This document shows positions 1 to 8,614 of a stretch of DNA of 64,000 nt, in pieces (the first letter of the stretch is position 1; every line of letters begins with the position of its first letter). Source of the DNA: Glaciihabitans sp. (lineage in GTDB: Bacteria > Actinomycetota > Actinomycetes > Actinomycetales > Microbacteriaceae); contig JAODMY010000096.1 of the NCBI GenBank assembly GCA_025465535.1, positions 1,841 through 65,840 of the forward strand, written 5' to 3'. A model generated the notes under the pieces. The model ran no database searches. It saw nothing but the letters and a program-made list of their open reading frames with translations, and was not told where the DNA came from. Made by a program: the position numbers and the translations under genes.

Positions 1-1286
1 ATGCGGTCGATGGTCTGGGCGGCATCCTGCGTGTGCAGCGTCGCGAACACGAGGTGCCCGGTTTCGGCCGCGGTCAGGGCCACCGAGATCGTCTCGAGGT
101 CCCGGAGCTCACCGATGAGGATGACGTCAGGGTCCTGCCGCAGCACGTGCTTGAGTGCGGCACCGAAGCTGTGAGTGTCGTTGCCGACCTCGCGCTGGTT
201 GACGAGCGACTTGTGGTTACCGTGCAGGAACTCGATCGGATCCTCGACGGTCATGATGTGGTCCGCGCGCGTGCGGTTGACGAGGTCGACAAGGGCAGCC
301 AGCGTCGTCGACTTTCCCGAACCGGTCGGGCCGGTGACGAGGACGAGCCCGCGGGCGAGCGTTGCGAATCGCGCGATCGAGTCCGGCACGCCGAGGTCGG
401 CAAGCTGCTTGATCTCGGTCGGGATGAGACGGAACGCGGCCCCCATCGCCTCGCGCTGCTGGTAGAAGTTCACACGGAAACGGGCGTTGGCCGAAACCGT
501 GTATGCGAAGTCGAGCTCGAGGTCGCGGTCGAAGATCTCTGCCTGCGCCGGCGTCATGATGCTGCGGAGCGCGTGGCGCACCTTCTCGGCATCCCACGCC
601 TGCGTGAACGAACTCGGCGTGAGCCCACCGTCGACGCGGACCATGGGCGGCATGTTGGCCGTCACGTGGAGGTCGGACGCGTTCATCATCAGAACGTCGC
701 GGAGCGCGGTGATCAGGTCGGGATCTGCGTTCTCGTTGGTGACATCCTCACCGAAGTCGACGACGCGCTCCGGGAGCCCCGCGGTGGCCGCCGCGATGTC
801 GTCGGTGTGCCTGGCCGGGATGCTCGTGGACGGCGGTGGGAAGTTCAGGTGTTCCGCGCTCGGCGCCGACGGTACGGAGTTCGGCAACGGATACAGGGGT
901 GCCGCGACCGGGGCCGAAGGCGCGGAGACCGGGAGCTCATACACGACCGGAGCAGTCGGGATGGAGGGCGAGGGCACAACGGGCACTTCGTACACGGGAG
1001 CGGCCGTCGGCACCGGGTACGCGGCGGCGGCGCTCGGCGCCGGCCAGCCGGCATCCGGAACCGACGGGACCTGGAACGTCATGGGCGCGGGCGCGGGAAA
1101 ACCCTGCGGCGGAAGCGGCGACGACTGCACCGGCGGAAGCGGCCAGCCGGTTGGCGCGGGCGCGCTTGCCATGGTGGGCGGGGCCGGCGAGAAGCTCGCG
1201 GGGCCCGCCGCCATCGACGGCGGCGGAAAGTTCAGCCCGGGAGCCGAATCATCGTTGACAGGAATTTCGTAGATTGGATTGCTCAT
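1..1286 (-). CDS. pilT: Type IV pilus retraction ATPase PilT (C-terminus outside the window), with a long Pro/Ala-rich N-terminal extension
   Basis: Absent from the ORF track because it runs off the left edge. My minus-strand translation from the ATG at 1284-1286 reads MSNPIYEIPVNDDSAPGLNFPPP..., about 170 aa of Pro/Ala-rich sequence. The PilT core follows: RGLVLVTGPTGSGKSTTLAALVD (Walker A), DHIMTVEDPIEF, and LRQDPDVILIGELRDLETISVALTAAETGHLVFATLHTQDAAQTIDR. An SD-like GGGGGA lies upstream. Confidence 0.85.
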   Translation of the reverse strand, partial: MSNPIYEIPVNDDSAPGLNFPPPSMAAGPASFSPAPPTMASAPAPTGWPLPPVQSSPLPPQGFPAPAPMTFQVPSVPDAGWPAPSAAAAYPVPTAAPVYEVPVVPSPSIPTAPVVYELPVSAPSAPVAAPLYPLPNSVPSAPSAEHLNFPPPSTSIPARHTDDIAAATAGLPERVVDFGEDVTNENADPDLITALRDVLMMNASDLHVTANMPPMVRVDGGLTPSSFTQAWDAEKVRHALRSIMTPAQAEIFDRDLELDFAYTVSANARFRVNFYQQREAMGAAFRLIPTEIKQLADLGVPDSIARFATLARGLVLVTGPTGSGKSTTLAALVDLVNRTRADHIMTVEDPIEFLHGNHKSLVNQREVGNDTHSFGAALKHVLRQDPDVILIGELRDLETISVALTAAETGHLVFATLHTQDAAQTIDR

Positions 1287-1305
1287 TTTGGTCCCCCTGG
1301 GCCGG

Positions 1306-2979
1306 TTAGGCCACGACCCTCAAGATTTCCTCGATGGATGTGTCTCCCAGCTGGGCCTTCGCCCAGCCGTCTTCGCGAAGTGTGATCATTCCCTGCGAGC
1401 GGGCGACGCGCATGATTTCCGCACTCGACGAACGAGCGACAGCCATGCGTTCGATCTCCTCGCTCACAGTCATGACCTCGTGGACGGCGATCCGCCCGCG
1501 ATAGCCGGTGTTCGAGCAACTCGTGCAGCCGACCGGCTTGAACAGTACCGGCACCGCCATCGTGCCCGGATCGAATCCGACCCGCAGGTGAACGAGATCC
1601 TGTGCATCGGGCTGGTACGGCGTCTTGCAGCGATCGCAGAGTCGGCGCGCGAGGCGCTGGGCGACCACGCAGTCGAGCGCGGATCCGACCAGGAAGGGTT
1701 CGATGTCCATCTCGGTCAGACGAGTGATGGCACTCGGGGCGTCGTTGGTGTGAAGCGTTGAGAGCACGAGGTGGCCGGTGAGCGCGGCTTCGATGGCGAT
1801 CTGCGCGGTCTCCTGGTCGCGGATCTCACCGAGAAGGACGACATCCGGGTCGGACCGGAGGATGGAGCGCAGGGCACTGGCGAACGTGAGCCCGGCCTTC
1901 GGGTTCACCTGGACCTGGTTGATGCCCTTCATCCGGAACTCGACAGGGTCCTCGACCGTGATGACGTTGATCTCCGGCCGCGCGACTGCGTTGAGCGTCG
2001 TGTACAGGGTGGTCGACTTTCCGGAACCCGTCGGGCCGGTGACCAGGATCATTCCGTAGGGCTTCGTGTACGAGGCCTTGTATGCCGCGGCGTTGCGCTC
2101 GAGCAGGTGCAGCCCGCCCATCTCCATGTTCGAGCCGTTGTTGTCGAGGATTCGCATGACGACTTTTTCGCCGAACACGGTCGGCAGCGTTGCGACTCTG
2201 AGGTCGATCTTGCGGCCGGCGTGACTGACCGACATGCGGCCATCCTGAGGCTTGCGACGCTCGGAGATGTCGATGTCGGACATGATCTTGAGGCGGGAGA
2301 TGACGCCGTTCTGGATCGCCTTCGGGGCGGTCTGCATCTCGTGCAGCACTCCGTCGATGCGGTACCGCACGCGCAGCTCGAATTCGCCTGGCTCGATGTG
2401 GATGTCCGAGGCCTTGTCCTGGATGCCCTGGCTGATCAGGAGGTTGACGAATCGCACGATGGGCGCGTCATCCTCCATCGCGGTCTGCTGGTCGGCGAGA
2501 ACGACGTCGGCCGATCCGCTCTCCTGTTCGAGCGCGCTGGTCAGCGAGTTGATCTCGCTGTCCGCGCGGTGGAAGCGGTCGATCGCGGCACGAAGATCAC
2601 TGCGCTCTGCGACGACCGCGCGAACCTGCATGCGGGACGCGGCACGAACGTCGTCGATGGCGAAAACATCACCAGGATCGACCATCGCGAGCATCATGTA
2701 GTCGCCGGCGACCCCAATCGGGAGCACCTCGTGCCTCCGGCACATCGCCGAGGGAACCAGCCCGACGGCGGCGCGGTCGACCGGGTATTCGAGCAGTTCC
2801 ACGTAGGGAAGGCCCGCCTGGGCGGCACGCGCGGACGCGAGTTGGGACTGGGTGACGACACCCTCGTCGAGGAGCGCCAGGATCGCCTGGTCGTCCTTTT
2901 CGCGCTCGCCCGAAATTGTGTCGAGCTTCTCAATCGGGACGATTCCCCGCAAAATGAGGATCTCAGTGAGAGATGCCAC
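1306..2979 (-). CDS. pilB: Type IV pilus assembly ATPase PilB (GspE family)
   Basis: 557-aa ORF with a GTG start. Motifs: Walker A LVTGPTGSGKSTT, VEDPVEF, VVLLGEIRDQETAQIAIEAALTGHLVLSTLHTNDA, and the tetracysteine CDRC...CTSC typical of PilB/GspE. Confidence 0.9.
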   Translation of the reverse strand: MASLTEILILRGIVPIEKLDTISGEREKDDQAILALLDEGVVTQSQLASARAAQAGLPYVELLEYPVDRAAVGLVPSAMCRRHEVLPIGVAGDYMMLAMVDPGDVFAIDDVRAASRMQVRAVVAERSDLRAAIDRFHRADSEINSLTSALEQESGSADVVLADQQTAMEDDAPIVRFVNLLISQGIQDKASDIHIEPGEFELRVRYRIDGVLHEMQTAPKAIQNGVISRLKIMSDIDISERRKPQDGRMSVSHAGRKIDLRVATLPTVFGEKVVMRILDNNGSNMEMGGLHLLERNAAAYKASYTKPYGMILVTGPTGSGKSTTLYTTLNAVARPEINVITVEDPVEFRMKGINQVQVNPKAGLTFASALRSILRSDPDVVLLGEIRDQETAQIAIEAALTGHLVLSTLHTNDAPSAITRLTEMDIEPFLVGSALDCVVAQRLARRLCDRCKTPYQPDAQDLVHLRVGFDPGTMAVPVLFKPVGCTSCSNTGYRGRIAVHEVMTVSEEIERMAVARSSSAEIMRVARSQGMITLREDGWAKAQLGDTSIEEILRVVA

Positions 2980-3213
2980 GCGACTTCACCCCCCAGAGTG
3001 TCTGCCTAGTACGTTGCAATGCCAGACCGTAAACGTAACCTCGGCGTGGCTCCCGCACCATACCCGCGATCGGGGGTAGGAGGGTTGGGAATACTCCATT
3101 CCGGGGTCTGCGGATGCCCCGATTGCGTCCCTGCGCCACCTGCCGTGAGCTGACAGTTGTTGTCGTCGCAGCTCCTCTGACGTGACGACGACTGTCAGCT
3201 CGGTGCGGTGAAC

Positions 3214-3273
3214 CACCGCGGCCGCTGCACCGCCACGCCGCTGCCGCACCGCCGCTGCCGCACCGCCGCTGCG
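3214..3273. repeat. Short imperfect tandem repeat (about 4 units of the CACCGCCGCTGCCG type)
   Basis: Read directly: caccgcggccgctg / caccgccacgccgctgccg / caccgccgctgccg / caccgccgctgcg. It lies immediately downstream of the csrA stop codon. Confidence 0.5.
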
Positions 3274-3277
3274 TAAC

Positions 3278-3544
3278 CTACTCGGCAGCGGAAGCTTTCG
3301 GCTGAGCCGCTGGCTGGGCCTGCGTGAGCAGTTCGGCGAGCTGCTCGCCGGAGGACGCACCCGTCTCCGTCGCGGCGATGTTCGCCTCGGCGAGCGCGGC
3401 GATTACCTCGTGACGCTGAATCCGCACGCCAGAGGGAGCGTCCACCCCGATGCGAATGCTGTCACCCTTGATCTCAAGAATGGTGACGACAATGTCGTCC
3501 CCGATGAGGATCCGCTCTCCCCGCTTACGTGTCAGGACAAGCAC
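3278..3544 (-). CDS. csrA: Carbon storage regulator CsrA (flagellar-type, with a C-terminal extension)
   Basis: 88 aa, [47 protein letters not shown] is the canonical CsrA fold sequence. It is the last gene of the flagellar operon. GTG start. Confidence 0.9.
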   Translation of the reverse strand: MLVLTRKRGERILIGDDIVVTILEIKGDSIRIGVDAPSGVRIQRHEVIAALAEANIAATETGASSGEQLAELLTQAQPAAQPKASAAE

Positions 3545-3553
3545 GTGTTCAGC

Positions 3554-4453
3554 CTAACCCACCGTGTCGGACCAGCCGACGGGTAGTCCAAGGCCGTGGA
3601 CTGAATCCGGGGTCGCGGTTTCGACGCCGTGCACAACGGCGATGGCCTGCACGGGGAAAGCCGCACGGAGCATTCCGACCCACGCAGCGGTGTCGGCCGG
3701 TTTGCGCGAGGCATCGACGACGACCCAGATCTGGTCGGCGATCACGAAACGGAGCCTCTCGATGCTGTCGGCGACGCCGGTGATCCCCATGCCGAGCCCC
3801 CAGGCCACGAGGGCGACCGAATCGTTTTCCACTCCCTTGGCGCGGGCGGCGGATGCGCTGCGGCGATCGTCGACGCGGCGCATGTCGTCGAAGATTATTT
3901 GGCCTCCGACCCGCAGCTCGGATCTACGAACCGTGCGGGCGAGGGAGCGGGCGACGACCAGGGCATCGTCGCCGAGTCCGACGAAGACCACGAGACCGCC
4001 AGCCTCGTCGATCATCGCCGGGGCCGGGTGGACGACCGGCGGCAGCGCAATCGGAACGTCGGCGTACGACCGCAACTCGACCATGAGCCGCTCAAAGTCA
4101 TCCGTCTGTGTCGACACCGCGGGAAGCTGCGGGGCGGGCGGGGCCTGCTGCCCTCCGCGTTCGGCCAGATCCGCCGCGTCCAGAAGTGCTTCGAGGCCGA
4201 CGGCGCCCTGCGGTGCGTTGAGCGGACCGTTCGCCGGACCGTTCACCGCAGCCGCGGGCATCTTCGGGTTGGCGTTCGCCTGAGGCAGGTCGACCTCGAC
4301 ATCGACGAAGCGTCGCGCGAAGAACCCGCCGAACCCGCCGACGCGCACCTCAGACGCGGAAAGGATGCGGGCGTTTTCCCCATACTCCAATCGAACGCGC
4401 GCGGTCAGCGCGTCGATCGAAGGGTCATCAAGCCGAAATCGGATCGAGGGCAC
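3554..4453 (-). CDS. FlhF-like protein with a degenerate (P-loop-less) SRP-GTPase-like domain
   Basis: 299 aa, located directly after flhA. The N-terminus MPSIRFRLDDPSIDALTARVRLEYGENARILSASEVRVGGFGGFF resembles the FlhF B-domain. The C-terminal half has FlhF-like strand patterns: LVVFVGLGDDALVVARSLA in place of GPTGVGKTT, VVVDASRK in place of DTAGR, and AIAVVHGVETATP in place of TKLDE. No Walker A lysine is present. Confidence 0.55.
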   Translation of the reverse strand: MPSIRFRLDDPSIDALTARVRLEYGENARILSASEVRVGGFGGFFARRFVDVEVDLPQANANPKMPAAAVNGPANGPLNAPQGAVGLEALLDAADLAERGGQQAPPAPQLPAVSTQTDDFERLMVELRSYADVPIALPPVVHPAPAMIDEAGGLVVFVGLGDDALVVARSLARTVRRSELRVGGQIIFDDMRRVDDRRSASAARAKGVENDSVALVAWGLGMGITGVADSIERLRFVIADQIWVVVDASRKPADTAAWVGMLRAAFPVQAIAVVHGVETATPDSVHGLGLPVGWSDTVG

Positions 4454-6479
4454 GGACTACTCCAACCGTCTCAATAGTGGTGTGGGCTGCCGTCACCTCT
4501 TGGTACGACAGGATCGGCAGGCCGCCGGGGGCCGGGGCCACAAGGCGATGGATCGCCGGTCGGAGGGCCGGAGCGCAGACCAGCACGACCGGATCCCCGC
4601 CGGCTTCCGCGCTCGCGACCGCGGTCTTGAGTGAGCTGAGCACCGTATCGAGCCGGGTGGCATCCATCACGATCTGCGTGCCGACCTCCGATGGCCGCAT
4701 GGCCTCGAGCATCGACTGTTCCAGCAGGGGGTCGATCATGATGACGCGCAGGACCGAGTCCTCTATATGGCGCGCGGCGATGACCGGGCCGAGTGAGGCA
4801 CGAGCCGCCTCGATCAGGCCATCCGGATCATTCGACACCTTCGCACGGAGGGCGAGCGATTCGTAGATGCGCGAGAGGTCGTTGATCGGAACCTGCTCGG
4901 AGAGCAGCCCCTGGAGTACCCGCTGGACCTCCGCGAGCGAGAGCAACCCCGGGATGAGTTCGTCGACGGCCGAGGGGTTGACCGACTTGACGCCTTCGGT
5001 GAGCACGCGCACGTCTTCCCTGCTGAGCAGCCGCGCGGCGTTCTTCGTGATGATCGAGGAGAGGTGCGTGATGATGACCGACGCGCGGTCGATCACGGTC
5101 GCACCGCCCAACTCGGCGCCGTGCCGCAACTCGGCGGGGATCCACTTTCCGGCAAGGCCGAAGACCGGATCGACCGTCGAGGTTCCGGGCAGCGCGTCGA
5201 GCGAGTCGCCGAGGGCCAAAATCTTGCCGGGGGGCGCGACACCACGACCCGCCTCGGTCCCCGCCACCTTGATGACATAGGTCGAGGGCGGAAGATCGAT
5301 GCTGTCCCGCGTGCGCACGGGTGGCACGACGATTCCGAGTTCGAGAGCCAGCCTGCGCCGGAGCGCCCTGACCCTGGACAGGAGATCGTCGCCCGTGCCG
5401 GATGCCAGCTCGACGAGGTCGGGGGCAAGCTGCACCTCGAGCGCGTGGACCCGCATCTGTTCGATCAGGTCCTCGGTCGTGTCCGTGGTGGTGGTGGTCT
5501 TCGCCGCGGCACTGGCGAGCTTGCTGGCGGCCGCCGCCTTCCGCTGGTTGGCGCTGATCCGCCGGGCGCCGAAAATGAGGAGAGTGCCGATGATGAGGAA
5601 CGGGATGATCGGCATCCCCGGGATGAGCCCGAGCGCGATCGCCGCGCAGCCGGCGATGAGAACGGCGACCCGCGACTGCGACAACTGCGACGACGTCATC
5701 GAGCCCATGTCGGCATCCACGTTGGAGCGGGTCACGATCATGCCGGTCGAGACGGCCATCAGCAGCGCGGGAATCTGGCTGACGAGTCCGTCACCGATCG
5801 TGAGCAGGCTGTAGGTGTTCACCGCGTCGCCGATCGACAGTCCGCGCTGCACCATTCCAATCGCGATGCCACCGATCAGGTTGATGATGATGATGACGAT
5901 TCCCGCGATCGCATCCCCCTTGACGAATTTGGATGCGCCGTCCATCGAACCGTAGAAGTCGGCCTCAGCGGACACCTCCGAGCGGCGCCGACGAGCCTCG
6001 GCCTCGGTGATCGCCCCCGCATTCAGGTCGGCGTCGATGGCCATCTGCTTTCCCGGCATGGCGTCGAGGGTGAAGCGGGCACCGACCTCGGCCACCCGCT
6101 CGGCGCCCTTGGTCACGACGACGAACTGGATGACTACGAGGATGAGGAAGATGACGGCGCCGATGATCAGCGAGCCGCTCACGGCGACCTGGCCGAGCGA
6201 GGCGATGACCTGTCCCGCATAGCCGGCACTGAGAACCAGTCTGGTGGATGCGACGTTCAGCCCGAGTCGGAACAGCGTCGCAACGAGCAGCAATGAGGGG
6301 AAGACGGAGAAGTCGAGCGGCTTCTTCACGAACATCGTCGTGAGCAGGATCACGAGCGCGAACATGATGTTGACCACAAGCAGAATGTCGAGCAGGAAGG
6401 CCGGAATGGGCACGACAAGCAGCAACACGATGCCCACGACACCGACCGGCACGACGAAGGTCGCCAAATTCTTCTTCAC
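4428..6479 (-). CDS. flhA: Flagellar export apparatus protein FlhA
   Basis: The track ORF (start 6740) would overlap flhB by 245 nt. A GTG at 6477-6479 preceded by AGGGGA gives 684 aa beginning VKKNLATFVVPVGVVGIVLLLVVPIP. FHIPEP-family sequence runs throughout (FPSLLLVATLFRLGLNVASTRLVL, GGAERVAEVGARFTLDAMPGKQMAIDADL). Confidence 0.95.
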   Translation of the reverse strand: MKKNLATFVVPVGVVGIVLLLVVPIPAFLLDILLVVNIMFALVILLTTMFVKKPLDFSVFPSLLLVATLFRLGLNVASTRLVLSAGYAGQVIASLGQVAVSGSLIIGAVIFLILVVIQFVVVTKGAERVAEVGARFTLDAMPGKQMAIDADLNAGAITEAEARRRRSEVSAEADFYGSMDGASKFVKGDAIAGIVIIIINLIGGIAIGMVQRGLSIGDAVNTYSLLTIGDGLVSQIPALLMAVSTGMIVTRSNVDADMGSMTSSQLSQSRVAVLIAGCAAIALGLIPGMPIIPFLIIGTLLIFGARRISANQRKAAAASKLASAAAKTTTTTDTTEDLIEQMRVHALEVQLAPDLVELASGTGDDLLSRVRALRRRLALELGIVVPPVRTRDSIDLPPSTYVIKVAGTEAGRGVAPPGKILALGDSLDALPGTSTVDPVFGLAGKWIPAELRHGAELGGATVIDRASVIITHLSSIITKNAARLLSREDVRVLTEGVKSVNPSAVDELIPGLLSLAEVQRVLQGLLSEQVPINDLSRIYESLALRAKVSNDPDGLIEAARASLGPVIAARHIEDSVLRVIMIDPLLEQSMLEAMRPSEVGTQIVMDATRLDTVLSSLKTAVASAEAGGDPVVLVCAPALRPAIHRLVAPAPGGLPILSYQEVTAAHTTIETVGVVRALDPISA

Positions 6480-6495
6480 GAGTGATTCCCCTGTT

Positions 6496-7584
6496 TCAAT
6501 CGAGCACGGTAGATGTCGCCATTGTGTGGATGCCATGGGCCGCGCCGCGGGCTTTGAGCGCGAATACGAAGGCCAGGATCCTGGCCACCGCGTTGTACAG
6601 CTCTGTCGGGATCTCGTCCCCCACCTCGCACGCGGCATGGAGCGCACGCGCGAGCGGAATGTCGTGCACCATCGGGATCTGGTGCTCCGCCGCCTTGTCG
6701 CGAATGCGGGCGGCAACGTCGTCGCCGCCCTTCGCGACAACTCTGGGCGCAGACTTGCCCGGTTCGTATTTCAGGGCAACCGCGATATGGGTCGGGTTCA
6801 GGAGCACGACATCGGCTGTCTGCACCGAGGCCATCATTCGCCTGCGGCTGATGGCCAGGGCGCGAGCCCTCCGCTGGCTCCTGATCATCGGGTCGCCGTC
6901 GCTGCTCTTCGTCTCGTCGCGCACTTCCTTCCGCGACATTTTCGTGCGCTTCAGGTTGCGCCGCATGACGACAAAGACATCCGCTGCGGCGAGCACGAGC
7001 CCCGCCGCGACTGCGGATTGGATGAGCGCGCCGACGCCGGACTGTGCCGCGGTCAACAACTGGGAGAGGGGAAGTCCGCCGGAGGCCATGAGCTGCGGTA
7101 CGAGCCCCTGGATGACCATGACCAGCACGAATCCGACGACCGCTGTCTTCAGAATCGCCTTCACTCCCTCCCAGAGCGCCTGCGTTCCGAAGATCCGCTT
7201 GAGGCCGGCGAGGAGGTCGAAATGCTTGAACGACACCGAGAATGCCTTGAAGTGGATCCCGCCCTGCAGCGCGGTACCGGCGATGATGGCGACGACGACC
7301 GCGACGAACATCGGGCCGAGTATCGGAATGACCGAGCCGAATCCCTGGTCGAGCGCCTGCATCGCTCCGGATGTCGTCGGATCGGCAATCTGCGTTGTGA
7401 CGATGCCGAATTCCTGCTGGACGGCGGTCTGCGTCGCCGAAATCAGGGCAGGAATGGACGCCGCAGCCGCTGCGATGGCTAACCACGCACCGAGGTCCTT
7501 CGATGAGGAGAGTTCGCCCTTCCGGCGAACCTCCTTCATCCGCTTCTCGGTTGCCGGCTCCGTGCGCTCCTGCGAGTCGGACAT
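6496..7584 (-). CDS. flhB: Flagellar export apparatus protein FlhB
   Basis: 362 aa. N-terminus MSDSQERTEPATEKRMKEVRRKGE, and the NPTH autocleavage site (VVLLNPTHIAVALKY). Confidence 0.95.
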   Translation of the reverse strand: MSDSQERTEPATEKRMKEVRRKGELSSSKDLGAWLAIAAAAASIPALISATQTAVQQEFGIVTTQIADPTTSGAMQALDQGFGSVIPILGPMFVAVVVAIIAGTALQGGIHFKAFSVSFKHFDLLAGLKRIFGTQALWEGVKAILKTAVVGFVLVMVIQGLVPQLMASGGLPLSQLLTAAQSGVGALIQSAVAAGLVLAAADVFVVMRRNLKRTKMSRKEVRDETKSSDGDPMIRSQRRARALAISRRRMMASVQTADVVLLNPTHIAVALKYEPGKSAPRVVAKGGDDVAARIRDKAAEHQIPMVHDIPLARALHAACEVGDEIPTELYNAVARILAFVFALKARGAAHGIHTMATSTVLD

Positions 7585-8340
7585 CTAGTTCACCGCCCCC
7601 ACCATCTGGAGTCCGTCGTCCATGACGGCTGAAACGATTCCCGGCAGCAACACGAAGAGCACGCCCGAGAACATGATCGTGATCAGGATTTTGAGCGGAA
7701 ACCCCAACGAGAAAGCGTTGAGTGCGGGTGCCACCCTGGTGAGCAGGCCGAGCCCGGCGTCGGCGAGAAACAGCACGAGAACCAACGGGCCGGCGATCTG
7801 CGCCGACGCGAGGAACATCTGGGTCGTGCCGGTGATGAGGGTATTCGCGGTGACCGACATGTTTACCGCCGTGCCAAGCGGGATGGCGGTGAACGAGCGG
7901 ACGACGCCCGCGATCACCATCTGGTAGCCGTCCGTCGTGACCAGCAGCGCAATCGCGGTCATCTGGAACAACCGAGTGAACTGTGCGCCGTTAACCAGCG
8001 ACTGCGGGTCAAATGCCTGGGAGAGTTGAAAACCACCGAACAGGTCGATGAGGCCGCCGGCGGACTGCACCGCGGCAAAGGCGAGCTGGATGAGGAAGCC
8101 GAGCAACACCCCGATCAGCACCTGCATGACAAGGGTCTCGATGAACGGCCCCGTGTCGAGCGGCTGGCGGCCGGCCGCGACGGTCGGCGCAACCGCGAGG
8201 GCAAGGCCGAGTCCGAGCATCACCCTGATCTGGTTCGGGATCGCGGTGTCGGAGAACGGCGGAGCGATGATCAGGAATGCGACGATGCGCACCCCCGCGA
8301 GCATCACGCCCTCCAGCCAGCCGAAATCTGTCTGGGACAT
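7585..8340 (-). CDS. fliR: Flagellar export apparatus protein FliR
   Basis: 251-aa polytopic membrane protein in the fliQ-fliR-flhB position, with FliR-like sequence (VRIVAFLIIAPPFS...). Confidence 0.9.
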   Translation of the reverse strand: MSQTDFGWLEGVMLAGVRIVAFLIIAPPFSDTAIPNQIRVMLGLGLALAVAPTVAAGRQPLDTGPFIETLVMQVLIGVLLGFLIQLAFAAVQSAGGLIDLFGGFQLSQAFDPQSLVNGAQFTRLFQMTAIALLVTTDGYQMVIAGVVRSFTAIPLGTAVNMSVTANTLITGTTQMFLASAQIAGPLVLVLFLADAGLGLLTRVAPALNAFSLGFPLKILITIMFSGVLFVLLPGIVSAVMDDGLQMVGAVN

Positions 8341-8341
8341 C

Positions 8342-8614
8342 TCAGCCGCCCACCAGGTGGGGAATCTGATGGAAAAGGTTGAGAGTGAACGTGACGATGT
8401 CCGAAATCATCCACTGCCCGCAGATGAGCAGCGCGAGCGAGACCGCAACCACCTTGGGGACGAACGAGAGGCTTGTCTCCTGGATCTGCGTGATGGACTG
8501 GAACACCGAGATTGCGAAGCCGACGACGAGCGCGGTGATGAGCACCGGCGCGGCGAGTTCGGCCGCGACGGTGAGCGCCTGCGTACCGATGTCAATGACG
8601 TCCGCAGAATCCAC
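8342..8614 (-). CDS. fliQ: Flagellar export apparatus protein FliQ
   Basis: 90 aa with two TM segments. VGFAISVFQSITQIQETSLSFVPK is the FliQ signature region. Confidence 0.9.
   Translation of the reverse strand: MDSADVIDIGTQALTVAAELAAPVLITALVVGFAISVFQSITQIQETSLSFVPKVVAVSLALLICGQWMISDIVTFTLNLFHQIPHLVGG

Noticed and set aside
33-1385. A 450-aa plus-strand ORF, together with similar long ORFs antisense to real genes (15075-17315 +, 33414-35750 +, 36404-39469 +, 5064-6296 +, 19968-21272 + and others).
   Set aside because: These ORFs are Arg/Gly/Asp/His-rich with no motifs, and they lie antisense to genes with unmistakable family signatures (pilT, fliK, rpoC, rpoB, flhA, fliG). Long spurious antisense ORFs are expected at this GC content.
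3214-3273. Tandem repeats checked as a possible CRISPR array; the GQSRD-coding repeats at about 48345-48410 were checked the same way.
   Set aside because: The units are 13-19 nt with no spacers (or are in-frame coding repeats), and no cas genes are present. They are not CRISPR arrays.
4428-6740. A long flhA start at 6740, and similarly long starts for fliE (23549), fliK (17344), the NlpC/P60 gene (18513), fliC (27255), flbD (13577), the histidine kinase (42006) and DUF427 (45606).
   Set aside because: The extensions overlap the preceding genes or promoter elements, have Arg-rich junk composition and lack an SD. Internal starts with an SD or stop-start coupling fit the family N-termini.
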